NCBI GenBank assembly: GCA_044376575.1
Contig: JBILKR010000001.1
Coordinates: 109,492-173,491, forward strand
DNA length: 64,000 nt
Source: Flavobacteriales bacterium
GTDB taxonomy: Bacteria; Bacteroidota; Bacteroidia; CAIKAF01
Direction: 5' to 3'
The notes below the pieces were generated by a model. That model did not search any database and had not been told where the DNA came from. It saw nothing but the letters and a program-made list of their open reading frames with translations. Made by a program: the position numbers and the translations under genes. Position 1 is the stretch's first letter, and every line of letters starts with the position of its first letter. Positions 54,680 through 64,000 of this stretch are shown piece by piece.

Positions 54680-56026
54680 ATGGAGTGGATGATTAAAGTC
54701 GGACAATTATTACTAAGCTTATCAATATTAGTATTGTTGCATGAAGGTGGTCACTTTGTTGCTGCCAGAATGTTTAAAACACGCGTCGAAAAATTTTACT
54801 TGTTTTTTGATTTCCTTTTTCCTTTCCCCAATCTCGCAAAGTTTTCATTGTTTAAATTTAAACGCGGCGATACGGAATATGGCATCGGCTGGTTTCCGTT
54901 GGGAGGCTATGTGAAAATAGCAGGAATGCTAGACGAGTCTGCAGATAAAGAAGCGCTGCAACAACCGCCACAACCCTGGGAATACCGCTCAAAGCCGGCA
55001 TGGCAGCGATTGATTATTATTCTCGGAGGAATTATTGTTAACCTTATTCTCGGTTTTTTCATTTATTCAATGACGTTGTTCGTATGGGGCGAACAATATC
55101 TTCCTACAGAAAATGCAAAAAATGGAATTTGGGTCACTGATTCCATCGGATATTCTACCGGTCTGAAAGACGGAGATAAAATTGTCTCTATTGACGGACA
55201 GCCTGTAAAAGCATTTCATCAGATCGTAGGGCGATTAGTGATTGATCAGGCAAAAACAATTCAGGTTGAGCGTGATGGTCAGAAAATGGATATCCCTGTA
55301 AGCAACACCTTTATTCGTGATGCCATTAAAAAAGTAAAAAACACCAGTATCATCGAACCTCGTGTTCCGTTTTACATTGGTGGATTTGGCGCCGATTCTC
55401 CTGCGCAAAAAGCGGGAATGAAAGAGGGCGATCAGATCATTGCGCTGAATGGAATACCTACGCTCTATTTTGATCAGTTCTTTCGTCAGATTACATCATT
55501 CAAAAATCAAGACGTGCAGGTAACTGCATTGAGAAATAAAGATACGCTACAATTCACCGTTACAACTACTGCTGAGGGCAAGCTGGGCGTGGGCCCAAAG
55601 TCGTATGCACAGTTGGATGAGTTTCAGTTTAAGACACAGGAATATTCATTTTTTGAAGCCATTCCTGCCGGATTTAAAAAAGCAGTAAAAGTAATTGTGG
55701 ATTATGCGAAGCAATTGAAACTGATGTTTTCTCCGGAAACAGAAGCATACAAGCAGGTGGGTGGTTTTAAATCGATTGCCAGTATTTTCCCTTCAGTATG
55801 GGACTGGGAGTCGTTCTGGAACCTAACGGCCTTTTTATCATTGGTACTGGCCTTTATGAATTTCCTTCCTATCCCCATGTTGGATGGAGGTTATATGATT
55901 TTCATTTTATATGAAATGATTTTCAGAAGACCGCCCAACGAAAAGGTGATGGAATATGCCAACATGATTGGATTTATTTTAATTCTAGCCTTATTGTTAT
56001 ACGCAAACCTGAATGATTTCTTTTAA
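54680..56026 (+). CDS. rseP: RIP metalloprotease RseP (site-2 protease, M50)
   Basis: Motif HEGGHF, two PDZ-like segments, and NFLPIPMLDGG. Confidence 0.9.
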   Translation: MEWMIKVGQLLLSLSILVLLHEGGHFVAARMFKTRVEKFYLFFDFLFPFPNLAKFSLFKFKRGDTEYGIGWFPLGGYVKIAGMLDESADKEALQQPPQPWEYRSKPAWQRLIIILGGIIVNLILGFFIYSMTLFVWGEQYLPTENAKNGIWVTDSIGYSTGLKDGDKIVSIDGQPVKAFHQIVGRLVIDQAKTIQVERDGQKMDIPVSNTFIRDAIKKVKNTSIIEPRVPFYIGGFGADSPAQKAGMKEGDQIIALNGIPTLYFDQFFRQITSFKNQDVQVTALRNKDTLQFTVTTTAEGKLGVGPKSYAQLDEFQFKTQEYSFFEAIPAGFKKAVKVIVDYAKQLKLMFSPETEAYKQVGGFKSIASIFPSVWDWESFWNLTAFLSLVLAFMNFLPIPMLDGGYMIFILYEMIFRRPPNEKVMEYANMIGFILILALLLYANLNDFF

Positions 56027-56036
56027 TAATTAGTAT

Positions 56037-57581
56037 ATGAGTTTTTCTGTATCAGATATTTTAAAAAAACTGGAAATTGATGTCAACGGTGTAAATCCTG
56101 GCATCTCAACGGGCACTTCATTTATGACAGGTGCTGGCGCGGCATTGGATTCTTATTCTCCTGCTGATGGGAAAAAAATTGCCAGCATCGGAACGGCTTC
56201 ACATGAAGAGTATGAAGCCGTAATTAAAAAAGCAGAAGCCGCTTATGCAGAATGGAGACTTGTTCCTGCGCCAAAGCGTGGCGAAGTGGTGAGACAACTT
56301 GGAGACGAGTTTAGAAAATACAAAAATGAACTGGGTGCACTTGTTTCTTATGAAATGGGAAAAAGCTATCAGGAAGGATTGGGAGAGGTCCAGGAGATGA
56401 TAGATATCTGTGATTTTGCGGTAGGCTTATCTCGTCAGTTGTATGGATTAACCATGCATTCAGAGCGCCCGTCGCATCGTATGTATGAGCAGTGGCATCC
56501 GCTGGGTATTGTAGGAATCATTACTGCATTTAATTTTCCTGTTGCTGTATGGAGCTGGAATACTGCATTGGCATGGATTTGTGGAGATGTTTGCATTTGG
56601 AAGCCATCAGAAAAAACACCATTGTGTTCGCTGGCTTGTCAAAAAATTACCGCCCGCGTATTTGAACGCAATCAGGTTCCTGAAGGTGTAAGTTGTATTG
56701 TTAACGGAGATTATAAGGTGGGCGAGTGGCTTACACAAGATCATCGCGTGCCATTGATTTCTGCAACAGGATCTGTGCGTATGGGTAAAATTGTGGGTGC
56801 TGCCGTAGCTCAGCGATTGGGAAAATCATTGTTGGAGTTGGGAGGAAATAATGCGATTATCGTATCTGAACACGCGAACTTAGACCTTGCAATTCGTGGA
56901 GTGTTATTCGGAGCCGTAGGAACCGCCGGACAGCGTTGTACCACCACTCGAAGAATTATAGTACATGAATCCATTTATGATACATTTACTTCAAAACTAA
57001 AAACAGCTTACGGTCAGTTAAAAATTGGAAATCCACTCGATCCATCCATGCATGTTGGTCCGCTGATTGATCAGCAAGCAGTCAATGCTTATCTCAATGC
57101 AATAGAAAAAGCAAAAGCAGAAGGCGCAAAATTTATGGTAGAAGGAGGCGTATTATCCGGTGATGGATTTGAATCCGGATGTTATGTAAAGCCGTGCATA
57201 GCAGAAGCGAATAATTCGTATGCTATCGTGCAGCAGGAAACATTTGCACCAATTCTCTATGTAATGAAATATAAAACCATCGACGAAGCCATCGCCATTC
57301 AAAACGGCGTGCCACAAGGATTGTCGAGCGCAATATTTACCAATCATATACTTGAAAGCGAAAGGTTCTTGTCGCAACAGGGATCTGATTGCGGAATTGC
57401 GAACGTAAATATTGGTACATCGGGTGCTGAAATCGGAGGAGCTTTTGGTGGAGAAAAAGAAACCGGTGGTGGTCGCGAATCAGGCTCAGATGCATGGAAG
57501 CAATACATGCGCAGACAAACCAATACGATTAATTACGGTACTACATTGCCACTGGCTCAGGGAATAGAATTTACAGTGTAG
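56037..57581 (+). CDS. Aldehyde dehydrogenase family protein (ALDH7 / piperideine-6-carboxylate dehydrogenase-like)
   Basis: Motifs ELGGNNA, catalytic GQRCTT, FNFPVAVWSWN and EKETGGGRESGSDAWKQY. Confidence 0.8.
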   Translation: MSFSVSDILKKLEIDVNGVNPGISTGTSFMTGAGAALDSYSPADGKKIASIGTASHEEYEAVIKKAEAAYAEWRLVPAPKRGEVVRQLGDEFRKYKNELGALVSYEMGKSYQEGLGEVQEMIDICDFAVGLSRQLYGLTMHSERPSHRMYEQWHPLGIVGIITAFNFPVAVWSWNTALAWICGDVCIWKPSEKTPLCSLACQKITARVFERNQVPEGVSCIVNGDYKVGEWLTQDHRVPLISATGSVRMGKIVGAAVAQRLGKSLLELGGNNAIIVSEHANLDLAIRGVLFGAVGTAGQRCTTTRRIIVHESIYDTFTSKLKTAYGQLKIGNPLDPSMHVGPLIDQQAVNAYLNAIEKAKAEGAKFMVEGGVLSGDGFESGCYVKPCIAEANNSYAIVQQETFAPILYVMKYKTIDEAIAIQNGVPQGLSSAIFTNHILESERFLSQQGSDCGIANVNIGTSGAEIGGAFGGEKETGGGRESGSDAWKQYMRRQTNTINYGTTLPLAQGIEFTV

Positions 57582-57586
57582 TATTC

Positions 57587-58135
57587 ATGCGGATTATTCT
57601 TTTTTCTTTCGTTATTTTATTTCTCTCTTCCTGTGAAAAAAAAGAAGCGGCATCAACTGCTAAAAAATATTTTTCACTCGACGAATGGATAACTGCAAAA
57701 TCCAACGAATGGAAATCATTGAATCAGCAATCACGGAAAACAGTCTATCTCAACGGATCCACAGATACTATTACATCAACGTCCTCTTCTGTTGACTGGA
57801 ATAATGAGATGAAGGCATTTAAACGTTTTGATATTAATCAGCCGGCATTTTCTTCCAGTTATGAAATTATTTCCGGACAAATGGGTGGCGAAGATGTACT
57901 GATGTACAAAGCGGCAGACAATGACTTAACCGTTCAGCGATTTAGAATTTTTCATCGATTCGATCCACCGCGACTACGTCTGGAAATAGAAGCAAAAACA
58001 AAAACATTATTACACACTACCACCATTGAATTTTTTATGGATTCCACAGGATATACATACAGGGAGTTTACCAAGCCGCGCTGGTGGGGCGATGATAACA
58101 CATTGATTATCGAAAGAAAAAATATTCAACCCTGA
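57587..58135 (+). CDS. Hypothetical lipoprotein
   Basis: Lipobox is LFLSSC. No recognisable domain. Confidence 0.4.
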   Translation: MRIILFSFVILFLSSCEKKEAASTAKKYFSLDEWITAKSNEWKSLNQQSRKTVYLNGSTDTITSTSSSVDWNNEMKAFKRFDINQPAFSSSYEIISGQMGGEDVLMYKAADNDLTVQRFRIFHRFDPPRLRLEIEAKTKTLLHTTTIEFFMDSTGYTYREFTKPRWWGDDNTLIIERKNIQP

Positions 58136-58138
58136 TGC

Positions 58139-59266
58139 ATGGCCGGAATTTATATTCATATTCCATTTTGTAAACAAGCCTGTCACTATTGCGATTTTCA
58201 CTTTTCAACTTCTGATCAAACCCGCGCTGCAGTATTGTCTTCACTGCATATTGAATTGCAGCAACGTGTAGAGGAATTAGCAGGGCAAAAAATACAGACC
58301 ATATATTTCGGCGGCGGCACCCCATCTTTACTTACTATTTCAGAGTTGATGTTGTTATTCGAAACGATATATCGATTTTATGATGTATCTCCCAACGCAG
58401 AAATTACACTCGAAGCCAATCCAGATGATCTGCATAAATCAAAAAGAAAAGAATACAGAAATACACCAATCAACCGACTGAGTATTGGTGTGCAATCTTT
58501 TCATGATGATGATTTGAAATACATGAATCGTTGTCACAATTCCAACGAAGCGGAATCTGCGATCAAAGGTATGCAGGATGAAGGGTTTGAAAATATCACC
58601 ATTGATTTGATTTATGGCACTCCCACCATGAACAATGAACAATGGCAACACAACTTAACGCAGGCGATAAATTGTAAGGTACCACACATCTCATCTTATG
58701 CATTAACTGTTGAAGAAAACACCCCGCTGTTTCATTTGATTAAACGAAAAAAAACATCTCCGGTAGATGAAGAAAGATTGGCATCACAATTTTTTATTTT
58801 AACTGAACGACTTGCAGAAGCGGGATTTGAGCAGTATGAAATTTCCAATTTTGCGAAAAAAAATTTTGAATCGAAACATAACACATCCTATTGGAAAGGC
58901 ATTCCTTATCTCGGTATCGGGCCATCCGCACACTCTTATGATGGTTATTTGGTTCGTCGATGGAATGTTTCCAATAATGTGAAGTATATGAAAGGCATTG
59001 CAGGAGAAGGCAATTGGTTCGAAAGAGAACACCTCACGGATGAAAATCGTTGCAATGAATATATCATGACCCAACTTCGTTTGCGCGAAGGATTATCACT
59101 TTCTGAAATTGAAAAACGATGGGGATCAGCAACTAAAAAATCAATTGAACAGACAATAACTCATCACCCCCAAGAATGGTTTATACCTAACAATGAAGAC
59201 AGTATTGTATTGTCGGTTAAGGGGAAATTATTGGCAGATCGAATTTCTTCATTGCTGATGATATGA
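58139..59266 (+). CDS. hemW: Radical SAM heme chaperone HemW (coproporphyrinogen III oxidase-like)
   Basis: YIHIPFCKQACHYCDF (CxxxCxxC), GGGTPS and HNTSYW. Confidence 0.85.
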   Translation: MAGIYIHIPFCKQACHYCDFHFSTSDQTRAAVLSSLHIELQQRVEELAGQKIQTIYFGGGTPSLLTISELMLLFETIYRFYDVSPNAEITLEANPDDLHKSKRKEYRNTPINRLSIGVQSFHDDDLKYMNRCHNSNEAESAIKGMQDEGFENITIDLIYGTPTMNNEQWQHNLTQAINCKVPHISSYALTVEENTPLFHLIKRKKTSPVDEERLASQFFILTERLAEAGFEQYEISNFAKKNFESKHNTSYWKGIPYLGIGPSAHSYDGYLVRRWNVSNNVKYMKGIAGEGNWFEREHLTDENRCNEYIMTQLRLREGLSLSEIEKRWGSATKKSIEQTITHHPQEWFIPNNEDSIVLSVKGKLLADRISSLLMI

Positions 59267-59306
59267 TGCTGAATATTTACTATTTTAGTCACACTAAATT
59301 TATTCC

Positions 59307-61529
59307 ATGAAACAACTTTACATCTCAATGCTAAGTTTATTTTTTGCGATGTCACTTTCCGCTAACCCCGGAGATACTACTCGTGTAAACAGTCATTCTA
59401 ATGTGCACATGAGCTGGTATGGCAATTATGATCAGTGGGCTGATTTCCCATCTGCTAATCAATCATATCATAAAGTGTTGTTGCGTTACACATTGGGTTG
59501 CCCCACCGGTGGCTGTTCCGACTGGGATTATACAACACAGATATTTGCGAGAAAAAGAACCGGAATGCTGGACTCTAATTTAGTATCTAATCCTTCATTT
59601 CGCGTAAATGGAAATGTATTTACTTCCTATTCATATTCAAACACACCCACATATCAGGTACAATGGAATTCTACATCTAATCAAACCGATACTACATTTA
59701 ATCCGGTGCTTACCATTCAGTTGTTTCAAAACGGAAGCACGCCTACAGTGCCTACAGATACCATCTTTGGATATGCGTGTAATTTTTACACACACATTTT
59801 TGATACAAACGGAAATCTGATTGACTCAACATTCAATGCTTGTGATGCTACATTAAATAATGTTCCCTGGGAAAGTTATAACGTATATGAAGTGATTGAG
59901 AATTACGAAATCGCTCGTATGATTACACCATATAGCGGCAATGTGCCCAACACATGGAAGTGGACCTATACGTTTGATGTAACAGATTACATTTCATTAC
60001 TTCAGGATTCCGTTCAAATTCGTGCATTTTATGGTGGATATCAGGATGGATTTACAGCAACCCTCGACTTTGAATTTATAGAAGGTACGCCGGTTCATCA
60101 GGCATTTAAAGTGGAAAAGCTTTGGCAGGGAAGCTTTCCGTATGGCAGCACCAACGATCCGATTGAAAATTATCTGACGGCTAAAACCATTCAGATTCCT
60201 GCAACTGCAGATCATGTAAAATTCCGTTTCATTCCTACAGGTCATGGATTTGGTGGAAATGAAAACTGTGCAGAATTCTGTCCTAAAAATTATTATTTAT
60301 TTATTGACGGAACACAACGTGGAACCAACTTAATCTGGCGTCCGAATTGCGGTATCAATCCCGTTTATCCGCAGGGCGGTACATGGGTATATGATCGTGC
60401 TAACTGGTGTCCGGGTGCTGCCGTGGATGTATTTGATCATAACATTTCTTCGTTCGTTAATGCTGGTAGTTCTCATACCATTGATGTAAACATGCAGCCT
60501 TTCACAAACATCAACAATAACTATTGTAGTTACATCATGGAAGGACAAGTGTTTTATTATACCAACGAAACAAATGCCGTAGATGCAGAAGTACTTGAAA
60601 TTCTTGCGCCAAGCAAAGACAAAAATTACAGTCGCTTCAATCCGATATGTGACAATGCTTCGGTAATTATCCGAAATACAGGCAGTGAAAATTTAACCTC
60701 ATGTAAAATTACTTACGGCTCAGTGAATGGCGCTGAATATACCTACAACTGGACGGGCAACCTGGCATTCATGAGATCAGATACCGTTACGTTGGGTAAC
60801 ATTTCAGACTGGAGCAATCCAGCAGGAGAAAAGAAATTCAGAGTAAAAATTTCTGAACCCAATGGACAGGCAGATCCACAGCCGATCAATGATGAAAAGA
60901 TTTCTGAATATACTACACCGCCCTCATATCCGGATACTATTCAGATTTATTTTAAGACCAACGGTTTTGCGTATGAAAACAATTATCGCCTGAAAGACGC
61001 ACAGGGAAACATTATTGTTCAGCGTTCAGGGATGAATAATAATACAATCTACAGAGATACCGTTGCGCTTGATCCCGGATGTTACATGCTGGAGTTGTTA
61101 GACAACGACGGAGATGGAATTTCTTTCTGGGCCAACAATGACGGTACAGGAACCTTCCGCATTCAGAAAGTAGGAGCAGCAGGTGTTTTAAAAACATTTG
61201 GTGGCGACTTCGGATCATCCATTATCCATCATTTTACTGTTGGATATTATGTAGGTGTAGAAGAAGAAACCATCGAGTCGCCCATTGATATCTTCCCTAA
61301 TCCAACCACGGGTACCATCAACGTAGCGATGGATAATCACGTTCATCAGGCCGATGAGTGGATTCTTACCGATGTGTATGGTAAAAAGATTGTTTCAGGC
61401 ATGATTGAAATGAAAGGTGCCGGCACACATACAATAAATGCAGAAGGCCTTTCCAACGGAATTTATCTGTTGATGCTAATGAAAAAAGGAAACATCGTTC
61501 ACACTGCAAAAGTGATGTTGCAACAATAA
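59307..61529 (+). CDS. PNGase F-related domain protein with a T9SS type-A C-terminal sorting domain
   Basis: CAEFCPKNYYLFIDGTQRGTNLIWRPNCGINPVYPQGGTWVYDRANWCPGAAV resembles the peptide-N-glycosidase F-like module. C-terminus is IFPNPTTGTINVAM...GIYLLML. Confidence 0.55.
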   Translation: MKQLYISMLSLFFAMSLSANPGDTTRVNSHSNVHMSWYGNYDQWADFPSANQSYHKVLLRYTLGCPTGGCSDWDYTTQIFARKRTGMLDSNLVSNPSFRVNGNVFTSYSYSNTPTYQVQWNSTSNQTDTTFNPVLTIQLFQNGSTPTVPTDTIFGYACNFYTHIFDTNGNLIDSTFNACDATLNNVPWESYNVYEVIENYEIARMITPYSGNVPNTWKWTYTFDVTDYISLLQDSVQIRAFYGGYQDGFTATLDFEFIEGTPVHQAFKVEKLWQGSFPYGSTNDPIENYLTAKTIQIPATADHVKFRFIPTGHGFGGNENCAEFCPKNYYLFIDGTQRGTNLIWRPNCGINPVYPQGGTWVYDRANWCPGAAVDVFDHNISSFVNAGSSHTIDVNMQPFTNINNNYCSYIMEGQVFYYTNETNAVDAEVLEILAPSKDKNYSRFNPICDNASVIIRNTGSENLTSCKITYGSVNGAEYTYNWTGNLAFMRSDTVTLGNISDWSNPAGEKKFRVKISEPNGQADPQPINDEKISEYTTPPSYPDTIQIYFKTNGFAYENNYRLKDAQGNIIVQRSGMNNNTIYRDTVALDPGCYMLELLDNDGDGISFWANNDGTGTFRIQKVGAAGVLKTFGGDFGSSIIHHFTVGYYVGVEEETIESPIDIFPNPTTGTINVAMDNHVHQADEWILTDVYGKKIVSGMIEMKGAGTHTINAEGLSNGIYLLMLMKKGNIVHTAKVMLQQ

Positions 61530-61588
61530 ATAAGTAGTTTATAAAAAAAGGGCGACAAATTATCGCCCTTTTTTTATAAACTACTTAT
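61530..61588. terminator. Bidirectional terminator formed by a perfect 26-bp inverted repeat
   Basis: ATAAGTAGTTTATAAAAAAAGGGCGA - CAAATTA - TCGCCCTTTTTTTATAAACTACTTAT. It has a GC core stem with A7/T7 runs and 13 further perfectly paired AT-rich bases. Confidence 0.75.
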
Positions 61589-61655
61589 AACGGATATATT
61601 GTTTGCTATTCTCTATTGAAGAGCTTTCAATTAATTTTAACAAACACTTTTTTGG

Positions 61656-62543
61656 TTAATTCCTAAAAATTTTTTTCGATGCGTTATCGGCAATCCAGCT
61701 GTAAATAATCATGAATGTGGCCTTCATGCCCGCATAATTAATATACTGCTCATCGTCGCTGGTTTTGTGATAATCTAAATGCATGCCTGTTGTGAAGGTT
61801 GCAGAAGGAATTCCGCGTGCTACAAAATGCCTGGTATCAAGTTGTAATACCCGTTTGGTGTCAGAGATAATTATGTTGCAGAATGGATATTCAGCATCGT
61901 TTATCAGACTGTCAGTAGAAGAAACATAGAGGGTTTTGTCTATATGATTCATCCTTCCCACCATGTCCATGTTGAGCATAGCAATAACTTTACCTAAGCT
62001 TTTCGGTAGGTTAGAGGCAAGGTGTTCTGATCCAAAAGTACCAATTTCATGTGCAGTAAAGGGAACAAATAACATGTTGAAAGGTAATTTTTTACTTTGT
62101 AATGTTCTACATAATTCTATGAGCAATGCCACGCCAGATGCATTATCGTCTGCACCGTTGTGAATATCAGTTGATCCGAAGGATAGAGAGAGTTGATCTC
62201 CGAAGCCGATGTGATCAATATGTGCCCCAACGATTATTGTATAAGGAGAGCGATTATTGATAAACCGGCCGTACATAGTTGTGATGACAGCTGAAGAATC
62301 TTTTTTAGTGACTGTAAAGCGCCAAGTATACACGCGACTTTTACGTTCGGTTTTTGTCTGCTTCAAAAAGTATCTTCCCGCCATCAATTCTTCTTCTGTT
62401 CCTACCGATCGGCCTTTCATGCTGTCGTTGGTTAAAAATAATAGGTGCTGCTTGAGACGACGATGAAGTCCAATAGTATCTGCTTGGGCAAAACTCAAAA
62501 AATGAAGAAGTATACCAATAAAAAAGGGGACTATTTTCTTCAT
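61656..62543 (-). CDS. M28 family zinc aminopeptidase
   Basis: Has a signal peptide. Motifs are GAHIDHIG, GADDNASGVALLIEL and NMDMVG. Confidence 0.8.
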   Translation of the reverse strand: MKKIVPFFIGILLHFLSFAQADTIGLHRRLKQHLLFLTNDSMKGRSVGTEEELMAGRYFLKQTKTERKSRVYTWRFTVTKKDSSAVITTMYGRFINNRSPYTIIVGAHIDHIGFGDQLSLSFGSTDIHNGADDNASGVALLIELCRTLQSKKLPFNMLFVPFTAHEIGTFGSEHLASNLPKSLGKVIAMLNMDMVGRMNHIDKTLYVSSTDSLINDAEYPFCNIIISDTKRVLQLDTRHFVARGIPSATFTTGMHLDYHKTSDDEQYINYAGMKATFMIIYSWIADNASKKIFRN

Positions 62544-62572
62544 CCCCTAAAAGTACTAAATATAAATATGTA

Positions 62573-64000
62573 TTATTCTCCTTTCGGACGTTTTACTGTA
62601 CTAAGGTGTTTAGGCAATTCTCCAAATCGAATTTCTGAACCATCCCACCAGATAGCAGACGCCTTACCTTCTGTATTCCCATCATTGAAAAGTACTTGCT
62701 GCAAGTTGCGGTCGAAGTCTGGAGCGCTAACCATCTGAGTTGCTTCTTCAATTTTATTGTCTATGCGGTTCGCAACTGCAATCCAAGATATAGCAACAGT
62801 ACTGTTTCCGTTACCCAACTCACGCACCGTAAATCCATCTTGGTCAATAGATTCGATATATACGCCATTACATAATCCGTTGGGTGTAATAGTAACCACC
62901 GGTTCTTCGCCAGCCAGGGCTTTAAATTTATCATCAAACAAAATATAAACAGAACCATTGTTCAACAAGGATTTCCCTTTCGTGTATATAGTTGCATCGG
63001 TACTTGTTACTGAATATACAGGTGTTTTTTGACTATTTATTGTTTCAACCAACTCAACATTTTTACCTAAAGTATATGTGTTTCCTGAGTTGTAAGTAGC
63101 AAACAAATCTCCTGAATTTAATGTCCCAATCAACTCTCCTTTGCTCATAGTACCAGTAATACCGCCGAAGAATCCACCACCAACGCCAAATTTTTCAGTT
63201 GAAGGAAGAAAACCGCCACCATTGCCGTATGCGTTTGATCCATAAACGCCAAATGTAGTTGAGCCGCTATTTTTATATCCAAGCGATCCCCAATATGCGC
63301 CCCCTACCTCGGCACCCAATGAACCACCACAACGAGTATAATCATTGTAATTGTGACTTGCGTCCCCAAATGTGTATACATCTCCCCAAAAATTGAATCC
63401 TCCGGAAGCTCTGTTAGTAGCTACTTGGCTATATCCGGTTCCATCATTTTGACTGTCACGAGTACGGTATCCGAATATAGAACATTGACCGTCTCCATTG
63501 ACGGTAAGTTGTTGGCGGTAAATGTACATTTGATATTGTATTGATGGCGGTATGTTAATACCAATACTAGTTCCATTATCTTGAATGACAGAATTCCCAA
63601 TATTGCTGGCAGCAGTAAATTTCGGTACATAGTTTGTGGTTCCTGAACCAGTTACTCCGGTGAATGCAATAGCGCCAAGGTTCCCGGAGTTATCTGTTTG
63701 AACGAATCGTGTTCCGCCCCCTCCTAGGGATGTTACGCGCTCGTTGGTTGTAACAGAGGTACCGTTAACGGTATGTGTATTTGTTCCATTGTTCCATGTA
63801 TTATTTGCTGAGCCAGCAGCTGTTCCAGCATTATTAAAAATAATTTCTGTATCTGATCCTGCTACTGGTCCAGCAGGACCTTGTGCTCCTGTTGGTCCAG
63901 TTGGTCCAGTTGGTCCAGTTGGTCCAGTTGGTCCAGTTGGTCCAGTTGGTCCAGCGGGACCTTGTGCTCCAGTTGCACCTGTTGGGCCTACCGGACCTTG
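62573..64000 (-). CDS. Collagen-like (Gly-X-Y) repeat protein with a globular Gly/Tyr/Asn-rich C-terminal domain; 5' end lies outside the window
   Basis: I translated the frame upstream of the track's Met (63529) and found it open to 64000. It reads [45 protein letters not shown]..., then ...[27 protein letters not shown]..., continuous with [12 protein letters not shown].... Confidence 0.7.
   Translation of the reverse strand, partial: QGPVGPTGATGAQGPAGPTGPTGPTGPTGPTGPTGPTGAQGPAGPVAGSDTEIIFNNAGTAAGSANNTWNNGTNTHTVNGTSVTTNERVTSLGGGGTRFVQTDNSGNLGAIAFTGVTGSGTTNYVPKFTAASNIGNSVIQDNGTSIGINIPPSIQYQMYIYRQQLTVNGDGQCSIFGYRTRDSQNDGTGYSQVATNRASGGFNFWGDVYTFGDASHNYNDYTRCGGSLGAEVGGAYWGSLGYKNSGSTTFGVYGSNAYGNGGGFLPSTEKFGVGGGFFGGITGTMSKGELIGTLNSGDLFATYNSGNTYTLGKNVELVETINSQKTPVYSVTSTDATIYTKGKSLLNNGSVYILFDDKFKALAGEEPVVTITPNGLCNGVYIESIDQDGFTVRELGNGNSTVAISWIAVANRIDNKIEEATQMVSAPDFDRNLQQVLFNDGNTEGKASAIWWDGSEIRFGELPKHLSTVKRPKGE
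63892..63954 (-). repeat. Seven perfect tandem copies of a 9-bp unit encoding (GPT)n
   Basis: TTGGTCCAG x7 on the plus strand, in frame as Thr-Gly-Pro on the minus strand. Confidence 0.9.

Noticed and set aside
63892-63954. Tandem 9-bp repeats that might suggest a CRISPR array or non-coding VNTR
   Set aside because: The units are contiguous with no spacers and only 9 bp long. They are in frame as Gly-Pro-Thr within a long open reading frame, so this is a coding collagen-like repeat.
62573-64000. The collagen-like protein as evidence of a prophage (tail fibre)
   Set aside because: There are no capsid, terminase, baseplate or integrase genes in the adjacent 10 kb. The neighbours are an M28 peptidase and T9SS cargo. 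This cannot be excluded for sequence beyond the window.

Overview
Low-GC chromosomal segment that looks like a Bacteroidota genome (Flavobacteriia/Sphingobacteriia-like). Support: T9SS type-A ('FPNPA...') and type-B ('PNAFTPNADGLND') C-terminal sorting domains, an adjacent gldB-gldC pair, a SprE/PorW-like TPR lipoprotein, TAnnTTTG -7 promoter boxes, and frequent ATGA/TGATG stop-start overlaps. Most of the window is housekeeping. It carries an ECF sigma factor with a chimeric partner, Ppx/GppA, an AlkB-type hydroxylase and a second desaturase, and two RidA paralogs. It also has PGI/PMI, RNase HI, Xth, a GH3 homolog and DUF2723. There is a cytochrome c oxidase accessory cluster (cyoE, two subunit III-like genes, subunit IV-like, SCO, DUF420), tRNA-Gln, and the F0F1 operon atpBEFHAG without atpDC. 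Further genes are a bactofilin, KMO, a sirtuin, GT9, IDH, gldBC, an M23 peptidase, ComF, RseP, an ALDH, HemW, an M28 peptidase, several T9SS cargo proteins, and a collagen-repeat protein running off the 3' edge. No integrase, transposase, CRISPR array or rRNA was seen. The one block not explained by housekeeping is a tightly packed three-gene operon at 47.1-51.6 kb. It encodes an 891-aa MukB/MksB/JetC-like coiled-coil ATPase, a 399-aa helical kleisin-position protein and a 187-aa MksE/JetB (DUF4194)-like protein. The gene order is permuted (B-F-E), the ATPase is unusually small, and there is no Toprim/JetD-type nuclease gene. I consider it the best candidate for an undescribed SMC-like DNA-surveillance or chromosome-organisation module. 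All family assignments come from reading motifs in the supplied translations; no database search was run.
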